The notes below the pieces were generated by a model, which saw only the letters and a program-made list of their open reading frames with translations, did no database searches and was not told the DNA's origin. From Macrostomum lignano (Eukaryota), in NCBI GenBank assembly GCA_002269645.1, contig NIVC01002919.1, positions 1 through 46,923 of the forward strand: DNA of 46,923 nucleotides, in the 5' to 3' direction. Position 1 is the stretch's first letter, and each line of letters opens with the position of its first letter. Made by a program: the position numbers and the translations under genes. Below, piece after piece: positions 12,101 through 27,100 of this stretch.

Positions 12101-15100
12101 TCATGAGTAGCTTAGAGTTGTGATGAGTAGCTTAGAGTTGTCATGAGTAGCTTAGGATTTTCATGAGTAGCTTAGTGTTGTCATGAGTAGCTTAGAGTTG
12201 TCATGAGTAGCTTAGAGTTGTCATGAGTAGCTTAGGATTTTCATGAGTAGCTTAGGATTTTCATAAGTAGCTTAGAGTTGTTATGAATAGCTTAGAGTTG
12301 TCATGAGTAGCTAAGAGTTGTCATGAGTAGCTTAGGATTTTGATGAGTAGCTTAGAGTTGTCATGAGTAGCTTAGAGTTGTCATGAGTAGCTTAGAGTTG
12401 TCATGAGTAGCTTAGGATTTTGATGAGTAGCTTAGAGTTGTCATGAGTAGCTTAGAGTTGTCATGAGTAGCTTAGGATTGTCATAGTAGCTTAGTGTTGT
12501 CATAAGTAGCTTAGAGTTGTCATGAGTCGCTTAGGATTTTCATGAGTAGCTTAGAGTTGTTATGAATAGCTTAGGATTTTCATAAGTAGCTTAGAGTTGT
12601 TATGAATAGCTTAGAGTTGTCATGAGTAGCTAAGAGTTGTCATGAGTAGCTTAGGATTTTGATGAGTAGCTTAGAGTTGTCATGAGTAGCTTAGAGTTGT
12701 CATGAGTAGCTTAGAGTTGTCATGAGTAGCTTAGGATTTTCATGAGTAGCTTAGAGTTGTGATGAGTAGCTTAGAGTTGTCATGAGTAGCTTAGGATTTT
12801 CATGAGTAGCTTAGTGTTGTCATGAGTAGCTTAGAGTTGTCATGAGTAGCTTAGAGTTGTCATGAGTAGCTTAGGATTTTCATGAGTAGCTTAGAGTTGT
12901 GATGAGTAGCTTAGAGTTGTCATGAGTAGCTTAGAGTTGTCCTGAGTAGCTTAGAGTTGTCATGAGTAGCTTAGAGTTGTCATGAGTAGCTTAGGATTTT
13001 CATGAGTAGCTTAGAGTTGTTATGAATAGCTTAGGATTTTCATAAGTAGCTTAGAGTTGTTATGAATAGCTTAGAGTTGTCATGAGTAGCTAAGAGTTGT
13101 CATGAGTAGCTTACGATTTTGATGAGTAGCTTAGAGTTGTCATGAGTAGCTTAGAGTTGTCATGAGTAGCTTAGGATTTTGATGAGTAGCTTAGAGTTGT
13201 CATGAGTAGCTTAGAGTTGTCATGAGTAGCTTAGAGTTGTCATGAGTAGCTTAGTGTTGTCATGAGTAGCTTAGGGTTGTCATGAGTAGCTTAGGGTTGT
13301 CATGAGTAGCTTAGAGTTGTCATGAGTAGCTTAGGGTTGTCATGAGTAGCTTAGAGTTGTTATGAGTAGCTTAGGGTTGCCGTGAGCAGCTTAGGGTTGT
13401 CATGAGAGGGTTGCCGTGAGCAGCTTAGAGTTGTCATGAGTAGCTTAGTGTTGTCATGAGTAGCTTAGAGTTGTCATGAGTAGCTTAGGATTGTCATAGT
13501 AGCTTAGTGTTGTCATAAGTAGCTTAGAGTTGTCATGAGTAGCTTAGGATTTTCATGAGTAGCTTAGAGTTGTTATGAATAGCTTAGGATTTTCATAAGT
13601 AGCTTAGAGTTGTTATGAATAGCTTAGAGTTGTCATGAGTAGCTAAGAGTTGTCATGAGTAGCTTAGGATTTTGATGAGTAGCTTAGAGTTGTCATGAGT
13701 AGCTTAGAGTTGTCATGAGTAGCTTAGAGTTGTCATGAGTAGCTTAGGATTTTCATGAGTAGCTTAGAGTTGTGATGAGTAGCTTAGAGTTGTCATGAGT
13801 AGCTTAGGATTTTCATGAGTAGCTTAGTGTTGTCATGAGTAGCTTAGAGTGTTCATGAGTAGCTTAGAGTTGTCATGAGTAGCTTAGGATTTTCATGGGT
13901 AGCTTAGAGTTGTGATGAGTAGCTTAGAGTTGTCATGAGTAGCTTAGGATTTTCATGAGTAGCTTAGTGTTGTCATGAGTAGCTTAGAGTTGTCATGAGT
14001 AGCTTAGAGTTGTCATGAGTAGCTTAGGATTTTCATGAGTAGCTTAGGATTTTCATAAGTAGCTTAGAGTTGTTATGAATAGCTTAGAGTTGTCATGAGT
14101 AGCTAAGAGTTGTCATGAGTAGCTTAGGATTTTCATGAGTAGCTTAGAGTTGTCATGAGTAGCTTAGAGTTGTCATGAGTAGCTTAGAGTTGTCATGAGT
14201 AGCTTAGAGTTGTCATGAGTAGCTTAGAGTTGTCATGAGTAGCTTAGGATTTTCATGAGTAGCTTAGAGTTGTGATAAGTAGCTTAGAGTTGTCATGAGT
14301 AGCTTAGGATTTTCATGAGTAGCTTAGTGTTGTCATGAGTAGCTTAGAGTTGTCATGAGTAGCTTAGGATTTTGATGAGTAGCTTAGAGTTGTGATGAGT
14401 AGCTTAGAGTTGTCATGAGTAGCTTAGAGTTGTCATGAGTAGCTTAGAGTTGTCATGAGTAGCTTAGAGTTGTCATGAGTAGCTTAGAGTTGTCATGAGT
14501 AGCTTAGGATTTTCATGAGTAGCTTAGAGTTGTTATGAATAGCTTAGGATTTTCATAAGTAGCTTAGAGTTGTTATGAATAGCTTAGAGTTGTCATGAGT
14601 AGCTAGAGTTGTCATGAGTAGCTTAGATTTTGATGAGTAGCTTAGAGTTGTCATGAGTAGCTTAGAGTTGTCATGAGTAGCTTAGAGTTGTCATGAGTAG
14701 CTTAGGATTTTGATGAGTAGCTTAGAGTTGTCATGAGTAGCTTAGAGTTGTCATGAGTAGCTTAGAGTTGTCATGAGTAGCTTAGTGTTGTCATGAGTAG
14801 CTTAGGTTGTCATGAGTAGCTTAGGTTGTCATGAGTAGCTTAGAGTTGTCATGAGTAGCTTAGGTTGTCATGAGTAGCTTAGAGTTGTTATGAGTAGCTT
14901 AGGTTGTTGTGAGCAGCTTAGGTTGTCATGAGAGGGTTGCCGTGAGCAGCTTAGAGTTGTCATGAGTAGCTTAGTGTTGTCATGAGTAGCTTAGAGTTGT
15001 CATGAGTAGCTTAGGATTGTCATAGTAGCTTAGTGTTGTCATAAGTAGCTTAGAGTTGTCATGAGTAGCTTAGGATTTTCATGAGTAGCTTAGAGTTGTT

Positions 15101-18100
15101 ATGAATAGCTTAGGATTTTCATAAGTAGCTTAGAGTTGTTATGAATAGCTTAGAGTTGTCATGAGTAGCTAAGAGTTGTCATGAGTAGCTTAGGATTTTG
15201 ATGAGTAGCTTAGAGTTGTCATGAGTAGCTTAGAGTTGTCATGAGTAGCTTAGAGTTGTCATGAGTAGCTTAGGATTTTCATGAGTAGCTTAGAGTTGTG
15301 ATGAGTAGCTTAGAGTTGTCATGAGTAGCTTAGGATTTTCATGAGTAGCTTAGTGTTGTCATGAGTAGCTTAGAGTTGTCATGAGTAGCTTAGAGTTGTC
15401 ATGAGTAGCTTAGGATTTTCATGAGTAGCTTAGAGTTGTGATGAGTAGCTTAGAGTTGTCATGAGTAGCTTAGGATTTCATGAGTAGCTTAGTGTTGTCA
15501 TGAGTAGCTTAGAGTTGTCATGAGTAGCTTAGAGTTGTCATGAGTAGCTTAGGATTTTCATGAGTAGCTTAGGATTTTCATAAGTAGCTTAGAGTTGTTA
15601 TCAATAGCTTAGAGTTGTCATGAGTAGCTAAGAGTTGTCATGAGTAGCTTAGGATTTTGATGAGTAGCTTAGAGTTGTCATGAGTAGCTTAGAGTTGTCA
15701 TGAGTAGCTTAGAGTTGTCATGAGTAGCTTAGGATTTTGATGAGTAGCTTAGAGTTGTCATGAGTAGCTTAGAGTTGTCATGAGTAGCTTAGGATTGTCA
15801 TGAGTAGCTTAGTGTTGTCATAGTAGCTTAGAGTTGTCATGAGTAGCTTAGGATTTCATGAGTAGCTTAGAGTTGTTATGAATAGCTTAGGATTTTCATA
15901 AGTAGCTTAGAGTTGTTATGAATAGCTTAGAGTTGTCATGAGTAGCTAGAGTTGTCATGAGTAGCTTAGGATTTTGATGAGTAGCTTAGAGTTGTCATGA
16001 GTAGCTTAGAGTTGTCATGAGTAGCTTAGAGTTGTCATGAGTAGCTTAGGATTTTCATGAGTAGCTTAGAGTTGTGATGAGTAGCTTAGAGTTGTCATGA
16101 GTAGCTTAGGATTTTCATGAGTAGCTTAGTGTTGTCATGAGTAGCTTAGAGTTGTCATGAGTAGCTTAGAGTTGTCATGAGTAGCTTAGGATTTTCATGA
16201 GTAGCTTAGAGTTGTCATGAGTAGCTTAGAGTTGTCATGAGTAGCTTAGAGTTGTCATGAGTAGCTTAGAGTTGTCATGAGTAGCTTAGAGTTGTCATGA
16301 GTAGCTTAGAGTTGTCATGAGTAGCTTAGAGTTGTTATGAATAGCTTAGGATTTTCATAAGTAGCTTAGAGTTGTTATGAATAGCTTAGAGTTGTCATGA
16401 GTAGCTAAGAGTTGTCATGAGTAGCTTAGGATTTTGATGAGTAGCTTAGAGTTGTCATGAGTAGCTTAGAGTTGTCATGAGTAGCTTAGAGTTGTCATGA
16501 GTAGCTTAGAGTTGTCATGAGTAGCTTAGAGTTGTCATGAGTAGCTTAGAGTTGTCATGAGTAGCTTAGGATTTTCATGAGTAGCTTAGAGTTGTGATGA
16601 GTAGCTTAGAGTTGTCATGAGTAGCTTAGGATTTTCATGAGTAGCTTAGTGTTGTCATGAGTAGCTTAGAGTTGTCATGAGTAGCTTAGAGTTGTCATGA
16701 GTAGCTTAGGATTTTGATGAGTAGCTTAGAGTTGTGATGAGTAGCTTAGAGTTGTCATGAGTAGCTTAGAGTTGTCATGAGTAGCTTAGAGTTGTCATGA
16801 GTAGCTTAGAGTTGTCATGAGTAGCTTAGAGTTGTCATGAGTAGCTTAGGATTTTCATGAGTAGCTTAGAGTTGTTATGAATAGCTTAGGATTTTCATAA
16901 GTAGCTTAGAGTTGTTATGAATAGCTTAGAGTTGTCATGAGTAGCTAGAGTTGTCATGAGTAGCTTAGGATTTTGATGAGTAGCTTAGAGTTGTCATGAG
17001 TAGCTTAGAGTTGTCATGAGTAGCTTAGAGTTGTCATGAGTAGCTTAGGATTTTGATGAGTAGCTTAGAGTTGTCATGAGTAGCTTAGAGTTGTCATGAG
17101 TAGCTTAGAGTTGTCATGAGTAGCTTAGTGTTGTCATGAGTAGCTTAGGTTGTCATGAGTAGCTTAGGTTGTCATGAGTAGCTTAGAGTTGTCATGAGTA
17201 GCTTAGGTTGTCATGAGTAGCTTAGAGTTGTTATGAGTAGCTTAGGTTGCATGAGTAGCTTAGGTTGTCATGAGAGGGTTGCCGTGAGCAGCTTAGAGTT
17301 GTCATGAGTAGCTTAGTGTTGTCATGAGTAGCTTAGAGTTGTCATGAGTAGCTTAGGATTGTCATAGTAGCTTAGTGTTGTCATGAGTAGCTTAGAGTTG
17401 TCATGAGTAGCTTAGGATTTTCATGAGTAGCTTAGAGTTGTTATGAGTAGCTTAGGATTTTCATAGTAGCTTAGAGTTGTTATGAATAGCTTAGAGTTGT
17501 CATGAGTAGCTAGAGTTGTCATGAGTAGCTTAGGATTTTGATGAGTAGCTTAGAGTTGTCATGAGTAGCTTAGAGTTGTCATGAGTAGCTTAGAGTTGTC
17601 ATGAGTAGCTTAGGATTTTCATGAGTAGCTTAGAGTTGTGATGAGTAGCTTAGAGTTGTCATGAGTAGCTTAGGATTTTCATGAGTAGCTTAGTGTTGTC
17701 ATGAGTAGCTTAGAGTTGTCATGAGTAGCTTAGAGTTGTCATGAGTAGCTTAGGATTTTCATGAGTAGCTTAGAGTTGTGATGAGTAGCTTAGAGTTGTC
17801 ATGAGTAGCTTAGGATTTCATGAGTAGCTTAGTGTTGTCATGAGTAGCTTAGAGTTGTCATGAGTAGCTTAGAGTTGTCATGAGTAGCTTAGGATTTTCA
17901 TGAGTAGCTTAGGATTTTCATAGTAGCTTAGAGTTGTTATGAATAGCTTAGAGTTGTCATGAGTAGCTTAGAGTTGTCATGAGTAGCTTAGGATTTTGAT
18001 GAGTAGCTTAGAGTTGTCATGAGTAGCTTAGAGTTGTGATGAGTAGCTTAGAACTGTCATGAGTAGCTTAGGATTTTGTTGAGTAGCTTAGAGTTGTCAT

Positions 18101-21100
18101 GAGTAGCTTAGAGTTGTCATGAGTAGCTTAGGATTGTCATGAGTAGCTTAGTGTTGTCATGAGTAGCTTAGAGTTGTCATGAGTAGCTTAGGATTTTCAT
18201 GAGTAGCTTAGAGTTGTTATGAATAGCTTAGGATTTTCATAAGTAGCTTAGAGTTGTTATGAATAGCTTAGAGTTGTCATGAGTAGCTAGAGTTGTCATG
18301 AGTAGCTTAGGATTTTGATGAGTAGCTTAGAGTTGTCATGAGTAGCTTAGAGTTGTCATGAGTAGCTTAGAGTTGTCATGAGTAGCTTAGGATTTTCATG
18401 AGTAGCTTAGAGTTGTGATGAGTAGCTTAGAGTTGTCATGAGTAGCTTAGGATTTTCATGAGTAGCTTAGTGTTGTCATGAGTAGCTTAGAGTTGTCATG
18501 AGTAGCTTAGAGTTGTCATGAGTAGCTTAGGATTTTCATGAGTAGCTTAGGATTTTCATGAGTAGCTTAGAGTTGTTATGAGTAGCTTAGAGTTGTCATG
18601 AGTAGCTAAGAGTTGTCATGAGTAGCTTAGGATTTTGATGAGTAGCTTAGAGTTGTCATGAGTAGCTTAGGATTTTCATGAGTAGCTTAGAGTTGTTATG
18701 AATAGCTTAGAGTTGTCATGAGTAGCTTAGAGTTGTCATGAGTAGCTTAGGATTTTGATGAGTAGCTTAGAGTTGTCATGAGTAGCTTAGAGTTGTCATG
18801 AGTAGCTTAGAGTTGTCATGAGTAGCTTAGAGTTGTCATGAGTAGCTTAGAGTTGTCATGAGTAGCTTAGAGTTGTCATGAGTAGCTTAGGATTTTCATG
18901 AGTAGCTTAGAGTTGTCATGAGTAGCTTAGAGTTGTCATGAGTAGCTTAGAGTTGTCATGAGTAGCTTAGGATTTTGATGAGTAGCTTAGAGTTGTCATG
19001 AGTAGCTTAGAGTTGTCATGAGTAGCTTAGAGTTGTCATGAGTAGCTTAGGATTTTCATGAGTAGCTTAGAGTTGTCATGAGTAGCTTAGAGTTGTCATG
19101 AGTAGCTTAGGATTTTCATGAGTAGCTTAGTGTTGTCATGAGTAGCTTAGAGTTGTCATGAGTAGCTTAGAGTTGTCATGAGTAGCTTAGAGTTGTCATG
19201 AGTAGCTTAGGATTTTCATGAGTAGCTTAGAGTTGTCATGAGTAGCTTAGGATTTTCATGAGTAGCTTAGAGTTGTCATGAGTAGCTTAGAGTTTCATGA
19301 GTAGCTTAGAGTTGTCATGAGTAGCTTAGGATTTCATGAGTAGCTTAGGATTTTCATAGTAGCTTAGAGTTGTTATGAATAGCTTAGAGTTGTCATGAGT
19401 AGCTTAGAGTTGTCATGAGTAGCTTAGGATTTTGATGAGTAGCTTAGAGTTGTCATGAGTAGCTTAGAGTTGTCATGAGTAGCTTAGAGTTGTCATGAGT
19501 AGCTTAGGATTTTGATGAGTAGCTTAGAGTTGTCATGAGTAGCTTAGAGTTGTCATGAGTAGCTTAGGATTGTCATGAGTAGCTTAGTGTTGTCATGAGT
19601 AGCTTAGAGTTGTCATGAGTAGCTTAGGATTTCATGAGTAGCTTAGAGTTGTTATGAGTAGCTTAGGATTTTCATAAGTAGCTTAGAGTTGTTATGAATA
19701 GCTTAGAGTTGTCATGAGTAGCTTAGAGTTGTCATGAGTAGCTTAGGATTTTGATGAGTAGCTTAGAGTTGTCATGAGTAGCTTAGAGTTGTCATGAGTA
19801 GCTTAGAGTTGTCATGAGTAGCTTAGGATTTTGATGAGTAGCTTAGAGTTGTCATGAGTAGCTTAGAGTTGTCATGAGTAGCTTAGAGTTGTCATGAGTA
19901 GCTTAGTGTTGTCATGAGTAGCTTAGAGTTGTCATGAGTAGCTTAGGTTGTCATGAGTAGCTTAGAGTTGTCATGAGTAGCTTAGGTTGTCATGAGTAGC
20001 TTAGAGTTGTTATGAGTAGCTTAGGTTGTCATGAGTAGCTTAGGTTGTCATGAGAGGGTTGCTGAGTAGCTTAGAGTTGTCATGAGTAGCTTAGTGTTGT
20101 CATGAGTAGCTTAGAGTTGTCATGAGTAGCTTAGGATTGTCATGAGTAGCTTAGAGTTGTCATGAGTAGCTTAGGATTTTCATGAGTAGCTTAGAGTTGT
20201 CATGAGTAGCTTAGAGTTGTCATGAGTAGCTTAGAGTTGTCATGAGTAGCTTAGGATTTTCATGAGTAGCTTAGAGTTGTCATGAGTAGCTTAGAGTTGT
20301 CATGAGTAGCTTAGAGTTGTCATGAGTAGCTTAGAGTTGTCATGAGTAGCTTAGAGTTGTCATGAGTAGCTTAGAGTTGTCATGAGTAGCTTAGAGTTGT
20401 CATGAGTAGCTTAGGATTTTCATGAGTAGCTTAGAGTTGTTATGAATAGCTTAGAGTTGTCATGAGTAGCTTAGAGTTGTCATGAGTAGCTTAGGATTTT
20501 GATGAGTAGCTTAGAGTTGTCATGAGTAGCTTAGAGTTGTCATGAGTAGCTTAGAGTTGTCATGAGTAGCTTAGAGTTGTCATGAGTAGCTTAGAGTTGT
20601 CATGAGTAGCTTAGAGTTGTCATGAGTAGCTTAGGATTTTCATGAGTAGCTTAGAGTTGTCATGAGTAGCTTAGAGTTGTCATGAGTAGCTTAGGATTTT
20701 CATGAGTAGCTTAGGTTGTCATGAGTAGCTTAGAGTTGTCATGAGTAGCTTAGAGTTGTCATGAGTAGCTTAGGATTGATGAGTAGCTTAGAGTTGTCAT
20801 GAGTAGCTTAGAGTTGTCATGAGTAGCTTAGAGTTGTCATGAGTAGCTTAGAGTTGTCATGAGTAGCTTAGAGTTGTCATGAGTAGCTTAGAGTTGTCAT
20901 GAGTAGCTTAGGATTTTCATGAGTAGCTTAGAGTTGTCATGAGTAGCTTAGGATTTTCATGAGTAGCTTAGAGTTGTCATGAGTAGCTTAGAGTTGTCAT
21001 GAGTAGCTTAGAGTTGTCATGAGTAGCTTAGGATTTTGATGAGTAGCTTAGAGTTGTCATGAGTAGCTTAGAGTTGTCATGAGTAGCTTAGAGTTGTCAT

Positions 21101-24100
21101 GAGTAGCTTAGGATTGATGAGTAGCTTAGAGTTGTCATGAGTAGCTTAGAGTTGTCATGAGTAGCTTAGAGTTGTCATGAGTAGCTTAGGTTGTCATGAG
21201 TAGCTTAGAGTTGTCATGAGTAGCTTAGGTTGTCATGAGTAGCTTAGAGTTGTCATGAGTAGCTTAGGTTGTCATGAGTAGCTTAGAGTTGTCATGAGTA
21301 GCTTAGGTTGTCATGAGTAGCTTAGGTTGTCATGAGTAGTTGATGAGTAGCTTAGAGTTGTCATGAGTAGCTTAGAGTTGTCATGAGTAGCTTAGAGTTG
21401 TCATGAGTAGCTTAGGATTGTCATGAGTAGCTTAGGTTGTCATGAGTAGCTTAGAGTTGTCATGAGTAGCTTAGGATTTCATGAGTAGCTTAGAGTTGTC
21501 ATGAGTAGCTTAGGATTTTCATGAGTAGCTTAGAGTTGTTATGAGTAGCTTAGAGTTGTCATGAGTAGCTTAGAGTTGTCATGAGTAGCTTAGGATTTTG
21601 ATGAGTAGCTTAGAGTTGTCATGAGTAGCTTAGAGTTGTCATGAGTAGCTTAGAGTTGTCATGAGTAGCTTAGGATTTTCATGAGTAGCTTAGAGTTGTG
21701 ATGAGTAGCTTAGAGTTGTCATGAGTAGCTTAGAGTTGTCATGAGTAGCTTAGGATTTTGATGAGTAGCTTAGAGTTGTCATGAGTAGCTTAGAGTTGTC
21801 ATGAGTAGCTTAGAGTTGTCATGAGTAGCTTAGGATTTTCATGAGTAGCTTAGAGTTGTCATGAGTAGCTTAGAGTTGTCATGAGTAGCTTAGGATTTCA
21901 TGAGTAGCTTAGGTTGTCATGAGTAGCTTAGAGTTGTCATGAGTAGCTTAGAGTTGTCATGAGTAGCTTAGGATTTTCATGAGTAGCTTAGAGTTGTCAT
22001 GAGTAGCTTAGAGTTGTCATGAGTAGCTTAGGATTTCATGAGTAGCTTAGTGTTGTCATGAGTAGCTTAGAGTTGTCATGAGTAGCTTAGAGTTGTCATG
22101 AGTAGCTTAGAGTTTCATGAGTAGCTTAGGATTTTCATAGTAGCTTAGAGTTGTTATGAATAGCTTAGAGTTGTCATGAGTAGCTTAGAGTTGTCATGAG
22201 TAGCTTAGGATTTTGATGAGTAGCTTAGAGTTGTCATGAGTAGCTTAGAGTTGTCATGAGTAGCTTAGAGTTGTCATGAGTAGCTTAGGATTTTGTGAGT
22301 AGCTTAGAGTTGTCATGAGTAGCTTAGAGTTGTCATGAGTAGCTTAGGTTGTCATGAGTAGCTTAGTGTTGTCATGAGTAGCTTAGAGTTGTCATGAGTA
22401 GCTTAGGATTTTCATGAGTAGCTTAGAGTTGTCATGAGTAGCTTAGGATTTTCATAGTAGCTTAGAGTTGTTATGAGTAGCTTAGAGTTGTCATGAGTAG
22501 CTTAGAGTTGTCATGAGTAGCTTAGGATTTTGATGAGTAGCTTAGAGTTGTCATGAGTAGCTTAGAGTTGTCATGAGTAGCTTAGAGTTGTCATGAGTAG
22601 CTTAGGATTTTCATGAGTAGCTTAGAGTTGTCATGAGTAGCTTAGAGTTGTCATGAGTAGCTTAGAGTTGTCATGAGTAGCTTAGTGTTGTCATGAGTAG
22701 CTTAGAGTTGTCATGAGTAGCTTAGAGTTGTCATGAGTAGCTTAGATTTTCATGAGTAGCTTAGGATTTTCATGAGTAGCTTAGAGTTGTCATGAGTAGC
22801 TTAGAGTTGTCATGAGTAGCTTAGAGTTGTCATGAGTAGCTTAGGTTTTGATGAGTAGCTTAGAGTTGTCATGAGTAGCTTAGGATTTTCATGAGTAGCT
22901 TAGAGTTGTCATGAGTAGCTTAGAGTTGTCATGAGTAGCTTAGAGTTGTCATGAGTAGCTTAGGATTTTGATGAGTAGCTTAGAGTTGTCATGAGTAGCT
23001 TAGAGTTGTCATGAGTAGCTTAGAGTTGTCATGAGTAGCTTAGAGTTGTCATGAGTAGCTTAGAGTTGTCATGAGTAGCTTAGAGTTGTCATGAGTAGCT
23101 TAGGATTTTCATGAGTAGCTTAGAGTTGTCATGAGTAGCTTAGAGTTGTCATGAGTAGCTTAGAGTTGTCATGAGTAGCTTAGGATTTTGATGAGTAGCT
23201 TAGAGTTGTCATGAGTAGCTTAGAGTTGTCATGAGTAGCTTAGAGTTGTCATGAGTAGCTTAGGATTTTCATGAGTAGCTTAGAGTTGTCATGAGTAGCT
23301 TAGAGTTGTCATGAGTAGCTTAGGATTTTCATGAGTAGCTTAGTGTTGTCATGAGTAGCTTAGAGTTGTCATGAGTAGCTTAGAGTTGTCATGAGTAGCT
23401 TAGAGTTGTCATGAGTAGCTTAGGTTTCATGAGTAGCTTAGAGTTGTCATGAGTAGCTTAGAGTTGTCATGAGTAGCTTAGAGTTGTCATGAGTAGCTTA
23501 GAGTTTCATGAGTAGCTTAGAGTTGTCATGAGTAGCTTAGGTTTCATGAGTAGCTTAGGTTTCATGAGTAGCTTAGAGTTGTTATGAGTAGCTTAGAGTT
23601 GTCATGAGTAGCTTAGAGTTGTCATGAGTAGCTTAGGATTTTGATGAGTAGCTTAGAGTTGTCATGAGTAGCTTAGAGTTGTCATGAGTAGCTTAGAGTT
23701 GTCATGAGTAGCTTAGGATTTTGATGAGTAGCTTAGAGTTGTCATGAGTAGCTTAGAGTTGTCATGAGTAGCTTAGGTTGTCATGAGTAGCTTAGTGTTG
23801 TCATGAGTAGCTTAGAGTTGTCATGAGTAGCTTAGGTTTTCATGAGTAGCTTAGAGTTGTCATGAGTAGCTTAGGATTTCATAGTAGCTTAGAGTTGTTA
23901 TGAGTAGCTTAGAGTTGTCATGAGTAGCTTAGAGTTGTCATGAGTAGCTTAGGATTTTGATGAGTAGCTTAGAGTTGTCATGAGTAGCTTAGAGTTGTCA
24001 TGAGTAGCTTAGAGTTGTCATGAGTAGCTTAGGATTTTGATGAGTAGCTTAGAGTTGTCATGAGTAGCTTAGAGTTGTCATGAGTAGCTTAGAGTTGTCA

Positions 24101-27100
24101 TGAGTAGCTTAGGTTGTCATGAGTAGCTTAGGTTGTCATGAGTAGCTTAGGTTGTCATGAGTAGCTTAGAGTTGTCATGAGTAGCTTAGGTTGTCATGAG
24201 TAGCTTAGAGTTGTTATGAGTAGCTTAGGTTGTCATGAGTAGCTTAGGTTGTCATGAGTTGTGAGTAGCTTAGAGTTGTCATGAGTAGCTTAGAGTTGTC
24301 ATGAGTAGCTTAGAGTTGTCATGAGTAGCTTAGGTTGTCATGAGTAGCTTAGAGTTGTCATGAGTAGCTTAGGATTTTCATGAGTAGCTTAGAGTTGTCA
24401 TGAGTAGCTTAGAGTTGTCATGAGTAGCTTAGGATTTTCATGAGTAGCTTAGAGTTGTCATGAGTAGCTTAGAGTTGTCATGAGTAGCTTAGAGTTGTCA
24501 TGAGTAGCTTAGGATTTTGATGAGTAGCTTAGAGTTGTCATGAGTAGCTTAGAGTTGTCATGAGTAGCTTAGAGTTGTCATGAGTAGCTTAGGATTTTCA
24601 TGAGTAGCTTAGAGTTGTGATGAGTAGCTTAGAGTTGTCATGAGTAGCTTAGGATTTTCATGAGTAGCTTAGTGTTGTCATGAGTAGCTTAGAGTTGTCA
24701 TGAGTAGCTTAGAGTTGTCATGAGTAGCTTAGGATTTTGATGAGTAGCTTAGAGTTGTCATGAGTAGCTTAGAGTTGTCATGAGTAGCTTAGAGTTGTCA
24801 TGAGTAGCTTAGAGTTGTCATGAGTAGCTTAGAGTTGTCATGAGTAGCTTAGGTTTCATGAGTAGCTTAGAGTTGTCATGAGTAGCTTAGGATTTTCATG
24901 AGTAGCTTAGAGTTGTTATGAATAGCTTAGAGTTGTCATGAGTAGCTTAGAGTTGTCATGAGTAGCTTAGGATTTTGATGAGTAGCTTAGAGTTGTCATG
25001 AGTAGCTTAGAGTTGTCATGAGTAGCTTAGAGTTGTCATGAGTAGCTTAGGTTGTCATGAGTAGCTTAGAGTTGTCATGAGTAGCTTAGGTTGTCATGAG
25101 TAGCTTAGAGTTGTCATGAGTAGCTTAGGTTGTCATGAGTAGCTTAGAGTTGTTATGAGTAGCTTAGGTTGTCATGAGTAGCTTAGGTTGTCATGAGAGT
25201 TGTGAGCAGCTTAGAGTTGTCATGAGTAGCTTAGAGTTGTCATGAGTAGCTTAGAGTTGTCATGAGTAGCTTAGTGTTGTCATGAGTAGCTTAGAGTTGT
25301 CATGAGTAGCTTAGGATTTCATGAGTAGCTTAGAGTTGTTATGAGTAGCTTAGGATTTTCATGAGTAGCTTAGAGTTGTTATGAGTAGCTTAGAGTTGTC
25401 ATGAGTAGCTTAGAGTTGTCATGAGTAGCTTAGGATTGTCATGAGTAGCTTAGTGTTGTCATGAGTAGCTTAGAGTTGTCATGAGTAGCTTAGGTTTTCA
25501 TGAGTAGCTTAGAGTTGTCATGAGTAGCTTAGGATTTTCATGAGTAGCTTAGAGTTGTTATGAGTAGCTTAGAGTTGTCATGAGTAGCTTAGAGTTGTCA
25601 TGAGTAGCTTAGGATTTTGATGAGTAGCTTAGAGTTGTCATGAGTAGCTTAGAGTTGTCATGAGTAGCTTAGAGTTGTCATGAGTAGCTTAGGATTTTCA
25701 TGAGTAGCTTAGAGTTGTCATGAGTAGCTTAGAGTTGTCATGAGTAGCTTAGGTTTCATGAGTAGCTTAGGATTTTGATGAGTAGCTTAGAGTTGTCATG
25801 AGTAGCTTAGAGTTGTCATGAGTAGCTTAGAGTTGTCATGAGTAGCTTAGTGTTGTCATGAGTAGCTTAGAGTTGTCATGAGTAGCTTAGGTTGTCATGA
25901 GTAGCTTAGAGTTGTCATGAGTAGCTTAGGTTGTCATGAGTAGCTTAGAGTTGTCATGAGTAGCTTAGGTTGTGAGTAGCTTAGGTTGTCATGAGAGTTG
26001 TGAGCAGCTTAGAGTTGTCATGAGTAGCTTAGAGTTGTCATGAGTAGCTTAGAGTTGTCATGAGTAGCTTAGGATTGTCATGAGTAGCTTAGTGTTGTCA
26101 TGAGTAGCTTAGAGTTGTCATGAGTAGCTTAGGATTTTCATGAGTAGCTTAGAGTTGTTATGAGTAGCTTAGGATTTTCATGAGTAGCTTAGAGTTGTCA
26201 TGAGTAGCTTAGAGTTGTCATGAGTAGCTTAGAGTTGTCATGAGTAGCTTAGGATTTTCATGAGTAGCTTAGAGTTGTCATGAGTAGCTTAGAGTTGTCA
26301 TGAGTAGCTTAGGATTTTCATGAGTAGCTTAGAGTTGTGATGAGTAGCTTAGAGTTGTCATGAGTAGCTTAGGATTTTCATGAGTAGCTTAGTGTTGTCA
26401 TGAGTAGCTTAGAGTTGTCATGAGTAGCTTAGAGTTGTCATGAGTAGCTTAGGATTTTCATGAGTAGCTTAGAGTTGTCATGAGTAGCTTAGAGTTGTCA
26501 TGAGTAGCTTAGAGTTGTCATGAGTAGCTTAGGTTGTCATGAGTAGCTTAGAGTTGTCATGAGTAGCTTAGGATTTTCATGAGTAGCTTAGAGTTGTCAT
26601 GAGTAGCTTAGGATTTTCATGAGTAGCTTAGTGTTGTTATGAGTAGCTTAGAGTTGTCATGAGTAGCTAGAGTTGTCATGAGTAGCTTAGGATTTTGATG
26701 AGTAGCTTAGAGTTGTCATGAGTAGCTTAGAGTTGTCATGAGTAGCTTAGAGTTGTCATGAGTAGCTTAGGATTTTCATGAGTAGCTTAGAGTTGTCATG
26801 AGTAGCTTAGAGTTGTCATGAGTAGCTTAGGATTTTCATGAGTAGCTTAGTGTTGTCATGAGTAGCTTAGAGTTGTCATGAGTAGCTTAGAGTTGTCATG
26901 AGTAGCTTAGGATTTTCATGAGTAGCTTAGAGTTGTCATGAGTAGCTTAGAGTTGTCATGAGTAGCTTAGGATTTCATGAGTAGCTTAGTGTTGTCATGA
27001 GTAGCTTAGAGTTTCATGAGTAGCTTAGAGTTGTCATGAGTAGCTTAGGTTTCATGAGTAGCTTAGGATTTTCATAGTAGCTTAGAGTTGTTATGAGTAG